Below, piece by piece: positions 18,298 through 31,573 of a stretch of 64,000 nucleotides of DNA (its first letter is position 1; every line of letters begins with the position of its first letter). The notes below the pieces were generated by a model. It was not told the DNA's origin, did not search any database, and worked only from the letters and a program-made list of their open reading frames with translations. The stretch spans positions 24,469,334 to 24,533,333 of the forward strand of contig CM106586.1 in assembly GCA_048013815.1 (NCBI GenBank), read 5' to 3'. The stretch is from Setoptus koraiensis. Its lineage: Eukaryota > Animalia > Arthropoda. Made by a program: the position numbers and the translations under genes.

Positions 18298-21200
18298 CTC
18301 GGTTAAGATGCAATTATTTTGAAGATTTATCAATGTTGCCAGAAACAAGTCTGCGATAACTTTCAGACGACGAACATAAAACACTTCGGTGGACAGTAAC
18401 TCCCAAATGGCGTCCTGTTGTATCTTGAGCTTATGTTCTAACTTATCACTATCTCTCACAATATCGGTCCATTGATTTTCCAGATAGAACAACTCGTCAA
18501 TGTTTCTATATATTTGACAAGCTGAACAACACGGACCGAATGAGCTCGGTATTATGGAGCTGTCATTTGTATCATCGGGTGGCATGGTCGTGTTGAAGCT
18601 GTCATTTTCATTATTGACATTGGCTGCTCTTATATTAGAATTGGTGGTGTTGTCGGTGGTATTGTTGTTGTCCAAACTGAGAGAGCTCGTTAAATTATCT
18701 AGACTAAACGATTTTTGGCACTGAAAACATCTTTGTCTGAACATCATTTTGGCTCTATGATGATTTTGGCCAGCTTGTTGTTGCTCTTTGCACATCGAAT
18801 GGTCCTCTTCAGATTGATAAGGCTGACCAGCTGTTTGTTGTTGCTGTTGTTGTTGCTGCTGCTGCTGTGGGTCTGCCTCCGTGCTGCTGTTATTGTTGTT
18901 TGCATTTGCATTGGTGGCACCGACTGACTGATTGCTACGTTGCTGCATCTTGCCGCTACTTCCGGTCAATTGGGACTGCTGAGATTGATTGGTTGATATT
19001 TGAGTGGATTTGGGCACTGTAGCAGATGGAAATCCAGCCAGATTTGTACCTGACGAGGTGCTCGAGCCACTGTTTGAAGTGCCCATACGAAAGTTAATGG
19101 CTGCATAACAATCAAAGCATTCATCGTTGCACTTTTTTCCATTTCCGGCCAAGCCAGATTCACCCACTAGGCGCAAGTGATCGCTCAGCATAGACAAAGC
19201 AATCGGTTGTTGCTCATTTGAATTGCCCTGGCTAGTTGATTCAATGCTATTGCGACAGCTAGACAGCTGACGATTTGCTTGATGTTGCATCGGCGAGCAA
19301 TAGCTGCCATTTTTGCCACCACTAAAGCCAGTGGTTGTTGCCGCTGTTGTTGTGTCGCCGGTGAAATTTTGACCACTGGAGGTCGACGACGATTGACGTT
19401 GATGATACAATTCGCGTGCTATTGAGGCGCTTACGCTGTAAGCGGATTCATGCTCTTCTACGCTACTTGACAACTGATGAGTTGGTTGCGATGATACGGA
19501 TGTAGTTGCCGCTGTCGATGGTTGCTGCTGATTAATTGCAGTGCCTACAACTCGCTGTTTATGAGTGCTGTTGTGATGCGGTGAAAAATTGGATTGATTA
19601 TTTAATTGCACTTGCTGTTTGTGTTTAGTATAAATGCTTTGATTGGCCAAATAAGCTGAATTGAAGCTGTGATGAGGACAGTGATAAATGGGGAATGAAT
19701 GATGCATTTCAATCAAATAATCAGGCTGATATTGATAGTGATTCCATGGCCCCGTTTTATTAGGTATCAATCTAGGCAATGTGGATGACGCAAACGAATT
19801 GCTGGAAGTGTGAGATGATTTATACGGGCCACGAGGTTGGTTAAAACGCGCATTAATATTTAACAATTCGTTCAAGTTTATAGTGGGTATACCATTGTTG
19901 GCATAGTTATTCAACAAATCGATTAGTCGTTCCATTCGTTGAGCGGCACTTAAACCAGTCAATGGACCGTCCGAATTGTTGCTGTGACTATCCGAATGAT
20001 CTGAATAATTATGGTGATACAACGAAGATTGTTGTTGTGCTTGATGAGGGTTGTGGATGGTGTTTTGATGACTTAACAAATTTGTATTTTGTTGTTGGAC
20101 AGAGTTTTTATCACCGCTAACGGCACTTGAATTTTGATCAGTATTGGTTGCATTGGTCGATTGCGACGACGATGATTTGCTGAATGGGTTCGAGAACAAG
20201 CCGCCTGTTCTGCGATGAAATGCACTGGTGGATTGATTGTTTGTCAAACTGTTATTATTAGCGCCCCCTGTCTGTTGTTGTTGATTTTTGTTGTGGTTGG
20301 CGCTATTTCCGGTTGAAGATTGACCAGCCAAGAGTTTGTTTTGTTGCGCTTGCGATTGTGAGGTTGAGCTCGACAAAGACAATGACAACTTTTGTCTAAT
20401 TGTGGTGGCCTTGGTTGCCACTGGCTGCTGTGCCACAGGCTGTTGATTGAGTGGCGGTGATTGTATTGGCGTTGTTTGTGTTGAACTAATTAGTGACGCA
20501 ACCGGCGATAATTGTTGTTTATTTCCGGTATTACCGGCAGTAACAGGTAAACAGGAAGATGATGACGAAATGCTGTCGTTGCTAGACACTCGCTCTATGC
20601 TTGCACTACCAAATGGTACTAACAAACTTGTGCTGACAGTGCTGGCCACCGGACCCAAATTAGAGGTGTCCACTGGTGTAGTTGTCAGTGTTGATGCCGT
20701 TGTTGTTGTTGTTGCTGTTGCGGTCGAAAATGATGATGTTGGCGGGGGTGGCAGTGGCGGTGGCGGACCCTTCACATTATTTCTGCGTCCGAATCCTATG
20801 GAAATAGTTGATCTACAAATTTGTTTGTCGCTACTATTGCCTGCGACCTGATGATCAGTTAAACTCAACGAGTTTGAAGAAGGTTGCTGCTGTTGAGTGC
20901 TGTTATTGTTGTCTTGATGATGAATTGTGTGTCTCTTACAAAACTGAGTCAATCTTTTCATCTGATGCATATGCTGATGCTGCTGCTGCTGCTGATTCTG
21001 ATTATTTAAATTATTGCCTGATTTATTCAGTTGCCAAATAGTCTGTTGTTGACTGATTGGCGACAATGATTCATTGGTGCCAATCGACGACGACGACATT
21101 GTTGTTGCCTTGTTCTGTTGCTGATTATAATTCATCTTGTTGTTTATTGGTGATTGATACGGCGACGGAATGCACTCATTTCCGGTCAGACATTGTTGAT

Positions 21201-21329
21201 TGCAGTCTTGATTATGCTGCTGATCGTATTGCTGTTGCTGTTGTTGTTGTTGCGGTTCATTGTTGCTTGTGACTGAGTGTTGGCCTCTGTCGACGAATGT
21301 ATTCATTGTATCAATATGTTTGTCGTCGT

Positions 21330-21395
<66 letters not shown>

Positions 21396-21522
21396 AGTTG
21401 AAGCAGGTGCACAGGTTACTATTATCCTCGTCGAGTTGCTGCTCAAATGTGAACGTGAGCACTTCATCGTCATCGGGCCCAGACTCAATCACAGTTGGTG
21501 CATTAAAATGTCCCTTTGGCGC
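18298..21522 (-). CDS. PLEKHG5: PLEKHG5-like RhoGEF, 3225-bp exon (low-complexity region plus DH start)
   Basis: Ends QQDAIWELLSTEVFYVRRLKVIADLFLATLINLQNNCILTE|gtaact. The frame is open back to an in-frame TAG that serves as the acceptor (gttag|GCG at 21522). An acceptor 9 nt further downstream is also possible. Confidence 0.88.
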
Positions 21523-21730
21523 CTAACATTTGCCGTTTATGTCATTGTTGTTAATGTTGTTTAAGTGTCGCTCAATAACGCAAAATCGACAACCAACAAA
21601 ATATAAGCAGTTAGTTGGCATAACGGCAACGGTTTTATAGGTGACGCACAGGTTATAGCGAGGACAAACGAGCAATAGATAGAGAGACAATTAATTAATT
21701 AACGTGCTTCATCTGTGTTACCTGTGTTAT

Positions 21731-21780
21731 ATTGCGTAATATACGTATTATTGCGTAATATTACGTAATATTACGTTAGT
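21731..21780. promoter_or_regulatory. Array of bZIP-like sites (ATTGCGTAAT / ATTACGTAAT) at 10-bp periodicity
   Basis: attgcgtaat-atacgtatta-ttgcgtaata-ttacgtaata-ttacgttag. Function is inferred from C/EBP and PAR-bZIP consensus only. Confidence 0.3.
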
Positions 21781-24700
21781 TATGATGTGTTAGTTTCGAA
21801 TGTTGCTTAATGAGAATTGTGACTCGGCGATGGGCACGCATTGAGTGTGTGTGTGCGTGTGTGTTTTATCCGCACATTTAATAAGTTGTTGCAGCAATAA
21901 TCAACTGACAGTTGGTTAGCTGCTGGCTGAGGCTGGCAAGTTGTGTATTGAGAGTGGTTCAAGTGCCGCTCGCATGCTGCAACAAACTTGTCTCTGGCCA
22001 ACGGATTGGTGATTTTCTTTTATATTTGTGGCGCACACAATTGTTATTTGCTGTGGCTGCTTGCGTATTGGATATTGGATTATCTTTAATAAATGGAGCG
22101 CGCACACATTCTTTGCGAGCTCGCTAACTAAAAGCTGGCCCCGCCGGCCGATAGCTGAAGATGTAATTATGGCGCCAATGAGTAGAGAGTAACAACTGCT
22201 CTGCTATCATCAAGACCGTGCCTGTAACGTTTGCCAGCTTCATTGCCCGTTCCATTGGTGGCTGTTTAAATGTTGTTGTCATCTGATTAGACACACTTTA
22301 ACCTTACACTGGCTCACACGTCACACCACCGTTCCACACCAGGTGATATATGAGCATAAAATGGACACAACACACGCATGCGCCTCAACACTCATATAAA
22401 CAGGTAGTCTATTAGTGATTGCAGCGACAATTTGACAATTGTGAGCACATGACTAACTAAAACTAAATGACAAGCCCGTGAGAGAGAGACCGCATTGGAC
22501 TGCTCTTGTTTGGTATTGTTGTTGGTCAGCTTCACTCACATCAAGTTCATGCCGCCGACGGCCAACAGCAACAACAGCACCAACGGCACCAACGGCACCA
22601 ACGGCACCAACGGCAACAACGGCAACAACAGTAACGACAGTAACAATACTCTAATTGAACCCAAGCTCAATATTGTTATCGCGCAACAATGTAAGGCCGT
22701 CTGTCAGCCAGTTGTTTGATCTAACCAAACAGTAAGCAATTTTGTGTGTGAGAACACGTTGCGATAATTCAATGTTTTTAGCGCCTGCACCGTTGACAAC
22801 AATAGTTTCAATGGTCTCACCAAAAGTTGTCACTGCGTGCACTATTTGTTTGTTTGTTTGTTTGTTTGTTTGTTTGTCAACCACTGGCTACTCTATCTGT
22901 CGCTACTCGCACGCCTGTCATCTGTCAGATTGTTGCTCGTCATATGATTGCTGTCATCCTCTAACGACAGCATGATTTTTGACACTTGGTCACACCGCTA
23001 CCACACACTACAACTACAACTACAAATATACCAAATACAATGAAATGAATGAATGAAAAACAATATTATGCATCATACGTGTGACAGCTGTCTATTTCTA
23101 GAAATGTATCCACGCCACACAAAATAAATAATAATAAAACAAAGAAAAAAAGTGAGATAAACAAACACATTGATTGCCTTTCTTCTCCTGTTGGCCTCTA
23201 CACTGCCCATTATACTCTATTATGCTCTATTGCTTAAACCAATCACAGTCGAATCAGTTCTATCAGATAGCTAGACAGAACAGGTGCGACCGTCCGTCAA
23301 TCCGCAAGCGAGCTTGTAACTACGTTGAAACAATAACCTAAGTGAAACACGCTCTACTCGTTGGTTATCTCGCAAACTTTGTCAAAGCAAAGAAAAACAA
23401 AAGAAACCGAAAATAATCCCATCACAGATAAGTGGAAACAAGCAAATAGGCAAAAGGTACAGAATGAATTGTAGCCTTCACATTTTCACTCACAACGCTG
23501 CTTGCTGGTTTTCTGTCTCTTCGGCACAAATAAGGCCGAATAAGCTTAGTTTTTTGTCTCGACAAATCCCATTTTCGACTGGAGCACAGAATCTGCTGAT
23601 CGAAATGCCTAGGCTTGACTTTGCATTTTCTGGAGTTTTCCTCGCGCATAATTTTTCAGATGCCCTCTGTTCGAAAATCAAATATATTTCCCAAAAATTC
23701 CCCGTAAAGCACATTTGTCTCGAGAATATCCGAAAACAAGCACCGATTTTGTTGTCTCTACGGATGCAACAAAAAAATTCTCTGTTTATATACATGTTAT
23801 ACTCTAAGTGTCCGACCGACCGACACCTAGAGTATGAATCGCTATGTACGATGAATAAATATCCGAACTACAAAAGTTGCCAGTTGGTCGCCAAGCCCAA
23901 ATTTGTTATTCTTGCGTTCACGATCTAGTCGGCCGCCATGCGTAATTTAAGGATTTTCGAAAGAATTGATATTTTCATATAAGTTTTTGCATTATATTAG
24001 TTCGATGATTAGAGCTTGTTTGGCCATTCGACAAATGCACTAGTTCAACAGTATACACACGATTCCACGTCGACTCTTTTCCATCAAGAAGAACTCAGCA
24101 TGAGAGGAGCTGTTGGCAGAATAACGCAGACACCGGGAGAAAAAGTTCCTTGCCATTTTCACATAAATAATGCTCATTATGTGATACTCTCTGGCCAACC
24201 TAGGTGAACTTTATTTTCAAGTTCGGGTATAACTAGGGTATTCTTATACATCTCGACGAGCTCACTCGAATACGGACCATTTGCCCGTCTTATTTTTGCT
24301 TTACGGAATATTCTGATCCTCGAATCGACCGGACGCATGCCTAGAAGCGTTTTTTTGGTAGAAATGCCGACCTGTCAAGTGAGTCCCGGTCTTGATCGTG
24401 CATCTAGTAGAATAGAAATTGACCAGAATATTGCAAACAGAAGAAAATTAAATTGGTCACCCCTTATTCACAGAATTTGAGATTCTGCCTTGTTAGAACG
24501 TAGGTCTGCTTTTTTTGCAAAAGATTCCCAACCAATAGAATTTGTGAAGGTGAAGATGATATTGTCGTGAGACTGACATTTTTTTTTATTTCTGCCATCT
24601 CTTCGCATAGCAAGTTCAACACGGAGAGAATCCCACCATGAATGCAATATAATGATGAGTGACACGAAGCAAAACTTCAGACCAATTTCAGGTACCAATC

Positions 24701-26087
24701 CATTTAATAGATTGAATTCGACCCATGATCAGATTTGAGCAGATTTCATGAGCAGATTTGATTTCTTTAATTAAAAATATGCCAGATAAAACGATAAATA
24801 AATGGAACCTACGTGCTCGACAAATAGGGTTAAGACGTGCCACTAGCATTAGGAGCCCGTTAGCTAGGCACAATGAGAATGACAGAGATTTTTCTACCAA
24901 TGACCACAACCCCAACAAATTATTGTCTTCACATATTGTCTGCATCGATGTCATTCTTCCAACTCCTCAAGCTGATCTGAGGCGCAAATACCCCAATTTT
25001 GGGTTCTGAAAATAAACTAAACAAACTGTCGAGTGCCAGTTTTGGCAACTGTAATATTGAACAGTTATCTGTTCAACCTAGACCAATCAATTGCAAGCGA
25101 GCTCATTAGTTGTGCATTGTCTTGCGCAGATACGCTATCGACACGGATCTAATCATTTTAGCCATGTTACAACAGCTGCTACTTAGGTGAAATAGATCTG
25201 TCATTTTGCCAGTGTTTATATGTGTCATAGTGAAAAAGAAAGATTCGAGATTAAAGCAAACAAATCGTTTGGCATACAAATCAGACAGAAGGGTAAATAA
25301 AATAAATAGGTTGAGAGCTGCAATTGATCTATTTGGTGAATTGATCGGAAAACGTAGGGTAACTCCATTAGCTGGCTTCATTTTTATCCAGCTGTGTCGA
25401 ACTAGAGCCAGTTGAGAATTATTTTTATCTTGCCAATGGTCGTTTTAGCAGTTAAGCAAACACTTTCTTTGCCGGTCCTCGTCGAGTACTACTCGAGACC
25501 TAATTATGTCTAGAAAATGTGTCATCTCCTTGAGGACTGCTTACGGATCTGTTCTGTTTGAGCAGCAGAATAACGGAGAAAAATATTCAAATAGATCAAG
25601 GCTCTCAGGGTCGCGCTGCTCAACACTGAATAAATGATTTGAATAGACGAAAATTTCTCACTGAAATGATCAATTCATACAGAATGCAGTGTCATTTTGG
25701 GGCGAAAATTTTTCATTTTCATTCATTATGTGCCATTGTTGAACTAGCCAACCATTCATTGGGCTAGTTGATGCAAGATACCAAATTGATGTCACACTTG
25801 CGAACATCGATGTGATATGATTGCATAATTTTGCACAATATGCAGTTTCATGCGGGTCTCATAGATGTAAAATATATCACTATAGTGCACAATTCAAGCT
25901 ATCTACTACTTGCAATTGTAAGTTCACTCATGTCGATATATCTAATAACCGATGACATGGCTGTTGTGTAATTTAACAACAACAAACAACCAAACAATGG
26001 ATGCGCACTATTTATAGCTCATGGTCGCTATGTTATTACAACCATGACTCAATTAAGATACCCTAATTAAGTTGAGATTAAACTAAC

Positions 26088-26148
26088 CTGATGGTCTAAC
26101 GTCGGTGTCACTTCCACACCTTCACCTTGTTGTTGTTGCTGTTGTTGT

Positions 26149-26189
<41 letters not shown>

Positions 26190-29100
26190 CTGCTGTTGTT
26201 GCTGCTGTTGTTGCTGGTTGGTGTCGCTGGAGGGTTCCCCTTTGGTCGAGTCGCCATCTAGCGAGTTGGATTTGAAGCGCAAACTGGAACGCGAAAACAA
26301 TTTATTATATCTCATGCTCTTCCGCCCATTACCAGCTCTACTCTTGCTATTTCCGTTATTATTACCACTATTATTACTACTACCACTACACCTACTACTG
26401 ACTGTCCTTATCAATTTATTCATAGGTGCCAATGGATCATTTGCATTAGGGGATTTAATTTTGCAATTGGAATTTGACGACGTCGACAGTATTTGAGGCT
26501 GATGCTCTGTTATGTTGTGTTGCTGTTGCTGCTGTTGGTTTGTGGTTTGTGGGCTCGAGCAACTTTTTTGCTGGCAAGATATATCTCCAATTCCAACTAT
26601 TGCTATGTCAACACCATTTTGTTTTTGTCTTACATAATTGTCACAGTTCTTTTCTAGTTCACTATCGTTGCCATTGGGTGTCACTGCTGTCAATCTAATT
26701 GCACTATTATCACTAATTGCAAATTGACTAGTTGTAGTGGTTGTTGTTGCACAATAATTTGTTGCATTTGTTGTGCTCATCAGTTGACTAGAGAATTTGT
26801 TATTGCGTAAATTATATAAGGCTTGCAATATTTGTGCAATATTATTGAGTGCCCCACAATGCTTACAAGGCACCCATTGTTCCTGTTGTTTGTGTTCGAG
26901 TTGATTTGTATCACAAAGGTGGCGGTCAGTATTTTGTATGCTCCTTGAATTATCCGTTTGAGCGGTGTTCGCCAATACTTGTTCATGCTCTTGTTCAAAA
27001 TCATTTTGTTGTTCGTTTTTCTGCACGTCGTGCTCGTGCTCTTGATTGGTATGTTTCGATTGAGCTTTTGTCAAACAGTAATGCACCTCGGCGACATTAT
27101 TATTATTGCTATTATTGCCTGCATGATATTGTTGCTGGTGCTGGTCATTATTGCCGTACGTGCTATTATTATCGCTATTATTATCCCTATTATTATTATT
27201 ACTATTATTTGATTGGTGGCATGGTCTGCTAACACTGTTACTGGTCAGTGGATGACAAAAATAGGAGGAGTCCCCATGATTGTGTAATGATGCTCTGTGC
27301 TGTTGGTAATTTGCGTCTAGATGCTGCCTAATGGCTGATTCTGGGCCACGAGCCTGCAACTGACTGTGATTTTGAGCTTGACTTTCATTATGAAAGAGGG
27401 CGCGGGTGTGGCTTTGGTTTGGGTTTGGGTTAAGGTTTCCAGGCAACCAAAATTGATGATGATGATGTTGCTGCTGTCGTTGGTGTTGTTGAACTTGGAG
27501 CTGTAGTTGCAGTTGAAGTAGCTGCTGACTTGTGGCGGTGGTGCCATAATTGGCTAGTTGTTGTTGATGATATTGGCCAAAGCTCATAACTAAATCAAAA
27601 TCTTCATGTGGATAAATGAGATGCGACGGGGGTGATGACAGACCGCTGGCTGGCAAACTGCATTTACTGCTATTGCTGGTAGTTGCATTCTGTTGCTGTT
27701 GTTGTTGTTGTTGTTGTTGTGTTGTTGCCAGATTCATTTCATTCAGATTAGTGACCAAGTGTGCCCCTGTTGATGATGATGACGCAATAAATTGTTGTTT
27801 GTTGTTCATAGCAGCTAAGACATTACTTGTGTTTGAGTAGTAGCTAGTTGGATGGTAGCACTCAAACGAATGTTGTTGTTGTTGTTGTTGCTGTTGTTGA
27901 TTAGTGTATGCTTGACCAGCACCACTAATACTATTAGTCGTATTGCAGAAACTATTGGGGCCATTTATGCCATTATCAAGATGAAGAGCAAAGTTACGAT
28001 TATTGGTGTTATTATTAATATCCAGAAGGTGGCATTGGGGTGAAACTTGATTCCAAAGACAGTGCTGGCGTTGTTGTTGTTGTTGTTGCTGCTGTTGCTG
28101 TTGTTGTTGTTTTGTTGTTAGTGGCGCAACAAAACAAGTAAGAGGAGCCGTCAATGAGGCGGCATTAGGTGGGGCCGGTATTTGGGTCGCGGCAGCTATT
28201 GAATCTGTATTTGTGCAATGGGCATCATCGAAGGTCACTTCCACTGGCGACTTGCTTGCTGTTAGCTGGCCTGTTTGCTCGCTTGCGATCAACTTTTTCT
28301 CATGTTGCTGTTGCTGTTTGTTGTCAGCAATGGTGACATCATTGTCATTATCAATATTAACATTAATATTATCACTGCGACTGCTTTTGTCGTTGGCGCA
28401 ATCACTCCTATTTCGGCTATTACTATTGTTATTAGTACTATTATTATTATTATTATTATTATTACTATTGTTATTAGTCACATTATGGGCATCTATAATT
28501 GAGCATGATGCAATGTTGTCGATGTTTGTCGCTTGTGCCACTTGCTGTTGTTGTTGCTGTTGCTCATTACGTGTTGTTCCCCTCAAAAACAATTCACACT
28601 CATGGTTCAGATCACCGTTATTAGCATCTACATTAATATTATTATCATTATTGATATTGTTGATCAATGTTGTTGTTGGCGATGCTTGTTGTTGCGCGAG
28701 CACATTTAAATGGGCTGCATGATCCCGTTTTAATGGATGATAACAACAATAGTTTTGGGTGTAATTGGCGCCACTCGCCCATGTAGTTGCCTGATCATTA
28801 TTGCAATGTTGCTGAATTGATTTTTTTGTTGAACAATCACTTTGGCTATTGTTTTGTTGGCTTGTTGTTGCTGTTGTTGCTTCTGCTGTTGGTGGTGTTG
28901 CTGCTAACGATGATACAATGGCACTCATACATATTGCGTCACTAGGCCCACAAGACGAACTAGACGTGACACGGCCACACAGGCAACATATGTGCTGCTG
29001 TTGATCAAAACACTGTGCACTCACTAAACTGATGATGGACTGATAATCTGGATAATAATTGTAATTGGTTGTTGGTGTTATACAATTAGCTTGCTGTTGT

Positions 29101-29504
29101 TGGCACGCCGATGCTGCCCAATGATGATGATCGCCAAATGGACAAGCTGCTAACATAAGTTGATTGCAATTTAAGTTATGTAAATTGGTGTTGCTATCAT
29201 TTTGTGCATTCTCTGTATTAACAAATTGTGAGGGATAGCCCAATGATTGATGTTGTTGTTGATCTTGCAACAACTTTACTTCTAATTCCAATAGCTCGTG
29301 TTGGGATCGATTCGAGTAGGGAGGCGCCAAATGCAAATTGCCACTACTAATTGAGTGCTCTGTGTTTTGTGTCAGTGGCACACTCGATAAACAGCGACTT
29401 GGCTCCAACGATTCTGTTGTTGTTGCACCGGATGCTGGAACTGCATCCTGTGATGGCTTTGCATCTAAGCGATCTATTTGGGTGAGGCTCTTGCTTCGTT
29501 GGCT
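26088..29504 (-). CDS. PLEKHG5: Probable upstream giant exon of the same RhoGEF (1139 codons, polyQ/N/H)
   Basis: 3.4-kb stop-free frame on the same strand. Donor CATCAG|gttagt is phase 0, matching the next exon. Acceptor aatgtag|AGC at 29504; no in-frame ATG at the 5' edge. Linkage is inferred, not shown. Confidence 0.7.
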
Positions 29505-29689
29505 CTACATTCGTGGATATATATTCGTATATTCAATCCATTGGTTGCAAACATTCCATGGGAGGCATGTTTAAATAGGCACGCAAACACATCAGCAAGC
29601 GCATATAAATTAGTTATAAATTAGTGCCAAGGGACATGGCGACATTTGCCAGATAAATGGTTATCATCATCAGTTCCGTTAGTGCAAGT

Positions 29690-29906
29690 GGTTCGGTTTG
29701 GTTTGGTTTGGTTTGGTTTGGTTTGGTTTGGTTTGGTTTGGTTTGGTTTGGTTTGGTTTGGTTTGGTTTGGTTTGGTTTGGTTTGGTTTGGTTTGGTTTG
29801 GTTTGGTTTGGTTTGGTTTGGTTTGGTTTGGTTTGGTTTGGTTTGGTTTGGTTCGGTTCGTTTCGGTTTGGTTCGTTTCGGTTTGGTTCGTTTCGGTTTG
29901 GTTCGG
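29690..29906. repeat. (GGTTT)n pentanucleotide array, about 43 units
   Basis: About 31 perfect GGTTT units, then a 15-bp higher-order variant (ggttc-gtttc-ggttt) x3. Confidence 0.97.
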
Positions 29907-30350
29907 TGTGCAATACACAGAGCAAGTAGCCAGATTCATGAGCGGCAGCAGCAATTATTATTGTTATTCAATTGAGTTAGTGGCAATCAATTACGATGAA
30001 TAGACAGAAGGTAAGTCAATGATTAACAGTCGTGTCTCGTCGTCGCTGGCCAGATCTGGCCAATGTTACATAACAACAGTAATAAATAATCTGCAACAAT
30101 GAAATTTAGTTGCCTCTAACTATCCGCTGATTGAGCGCATCGCAATCACTCACGAGTCACGAGTCGAATGAATTCACGAGTGAATCTCGGTAAATACAAT
30201 GTGTACGACGCAACTATATCTAAATATATAGATGAGACACGTCAACTGGTTGTGTCTTTGTCGTTGCAATCAAGTCTCGTATTCACTTGAGTGATTTGTC
30301 TTTGATTCGCATCACATATCTCACTGTATATATATCTCAAGACTACTTAC

Positions 30351-30422
30351 CGAATCCAGACTGCCCACTTGCAAAAAATGCGGCCTCTTCACTTTGATAT
30401 GCGAATGGACTCGTTTTAACAT
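30351..30422 (-). CDS. Candidate first coding exon of the RhoGEF (MLKRVHSHIKVKRPHFLQVGSLDS)
   Basis: ATG, 24 codons, strong donor TCG|gtaagt, phase 0 compatible with the acceptor at 29504. Confidence 0.4.
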
Positions 30423-31470
30423 TTTATACGCACTAAAATATCAAGAAGTTGGTCTCGACTGTCAGTCACCCAATCACCTAGTCACTTAGTCGCTTAGTAT
30501 GGTTGATTATATCAGTTAATTAGCGTGCTCATTTTGATTGATGGTCGATTGATTCCTACGATTCTCACGATTCTCACGATCGCGCGTATCCAGTTATACG
30601 ATTGGATTATGTCCCTCCGTGAGAGATGATGCTAATCATTGTTATTGGTCGTCATCGTTATCGTTTCTCGCTTTGCTACCACTAATAATACTCTGATACT
30701 ACTAATGATACAAGCTCACAATCTGCTTACAATCAACTTAAGCGCTTAAATTATTCAACTCATTAGCTCTGCCTCGCAAACTGAGATTGCAAACTGAGAT
30801 TCGCTGCTCGTGAGTTGCCGTTACTATCAAGTGAGTTGTTATTTTTGTTAATTTCACAAAATTTTGTCAGTGTCTCGACGGGAGTTTGTGTGTTAGAGTG
30901 TGATTTTTAAAGCTGCCGACTTGTCGTATTTTGTGTGTTTGTATGTGTTATGTAACTATGACTTGCGATGCGCCGATTCGCTCATTATAACCGACTGAAT
31001 GCGCGTACAGTTAGCATGAAATTGATTTATGTGTGTCGTATATAGATGGTGGCGTCTAGACAAGGCAATAAGAGCGGTTTGATTATAGCGTAATAATAGC
31101 ATGACTTGGTTGAACAGACACAGATACAGTTAGTCTCATGATGTTGTTGCTGTATGTCTTTTTATCTGCTGCTGATGCTGTTGTTGGTGATATATTTATA
31201 CTGCCCCCTGATGCAACTGTACTTGTGCTCATTATTACAAGAGATATGCACACTATTTTGCATTGCACTTATCATTGGATCTATGCAAATATCGACATTG
31301 TCAAGACAATGGCCATTCCTGACAAGACATAACAGATAATCTGGCTAGCTTAGTAGTTACATCATGATTGATGTTGCTTGTTTGTTTGCTGTTGTTCAAC
31401 TACAACAACATTGCTGCTTCAAATACAAGATGTCACTGATTACAAAGTCACTGCTGTCTATGGTCGCTCT

Positions 31471-31522
31471 TGTGAGTGTGCGTGTAAGCGTGCGTGCGTG
31501 TGTGTGTGTGAGTGTGTGTGTG

Positions 31523-31570
<48 letters not shown>
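31471..31570. repeat. (GT)n microsatellite
   Basis: Direct read. Confidence 0.95.

Positions 31571-31573
<3 letters not shown>

Noticed and set aside
18715-29574. Many plus-strand hydrophobic ORFs (poly-L/V/C)
   Set aside because: Antisense shadows of CAA/CAG/AAC codon runs in the RhoGEF exons.
29614-30003. PNQTK / FGLVW repeat proteins
   Set aside because: Direct translations of the (GGTTT)n microsatellite.
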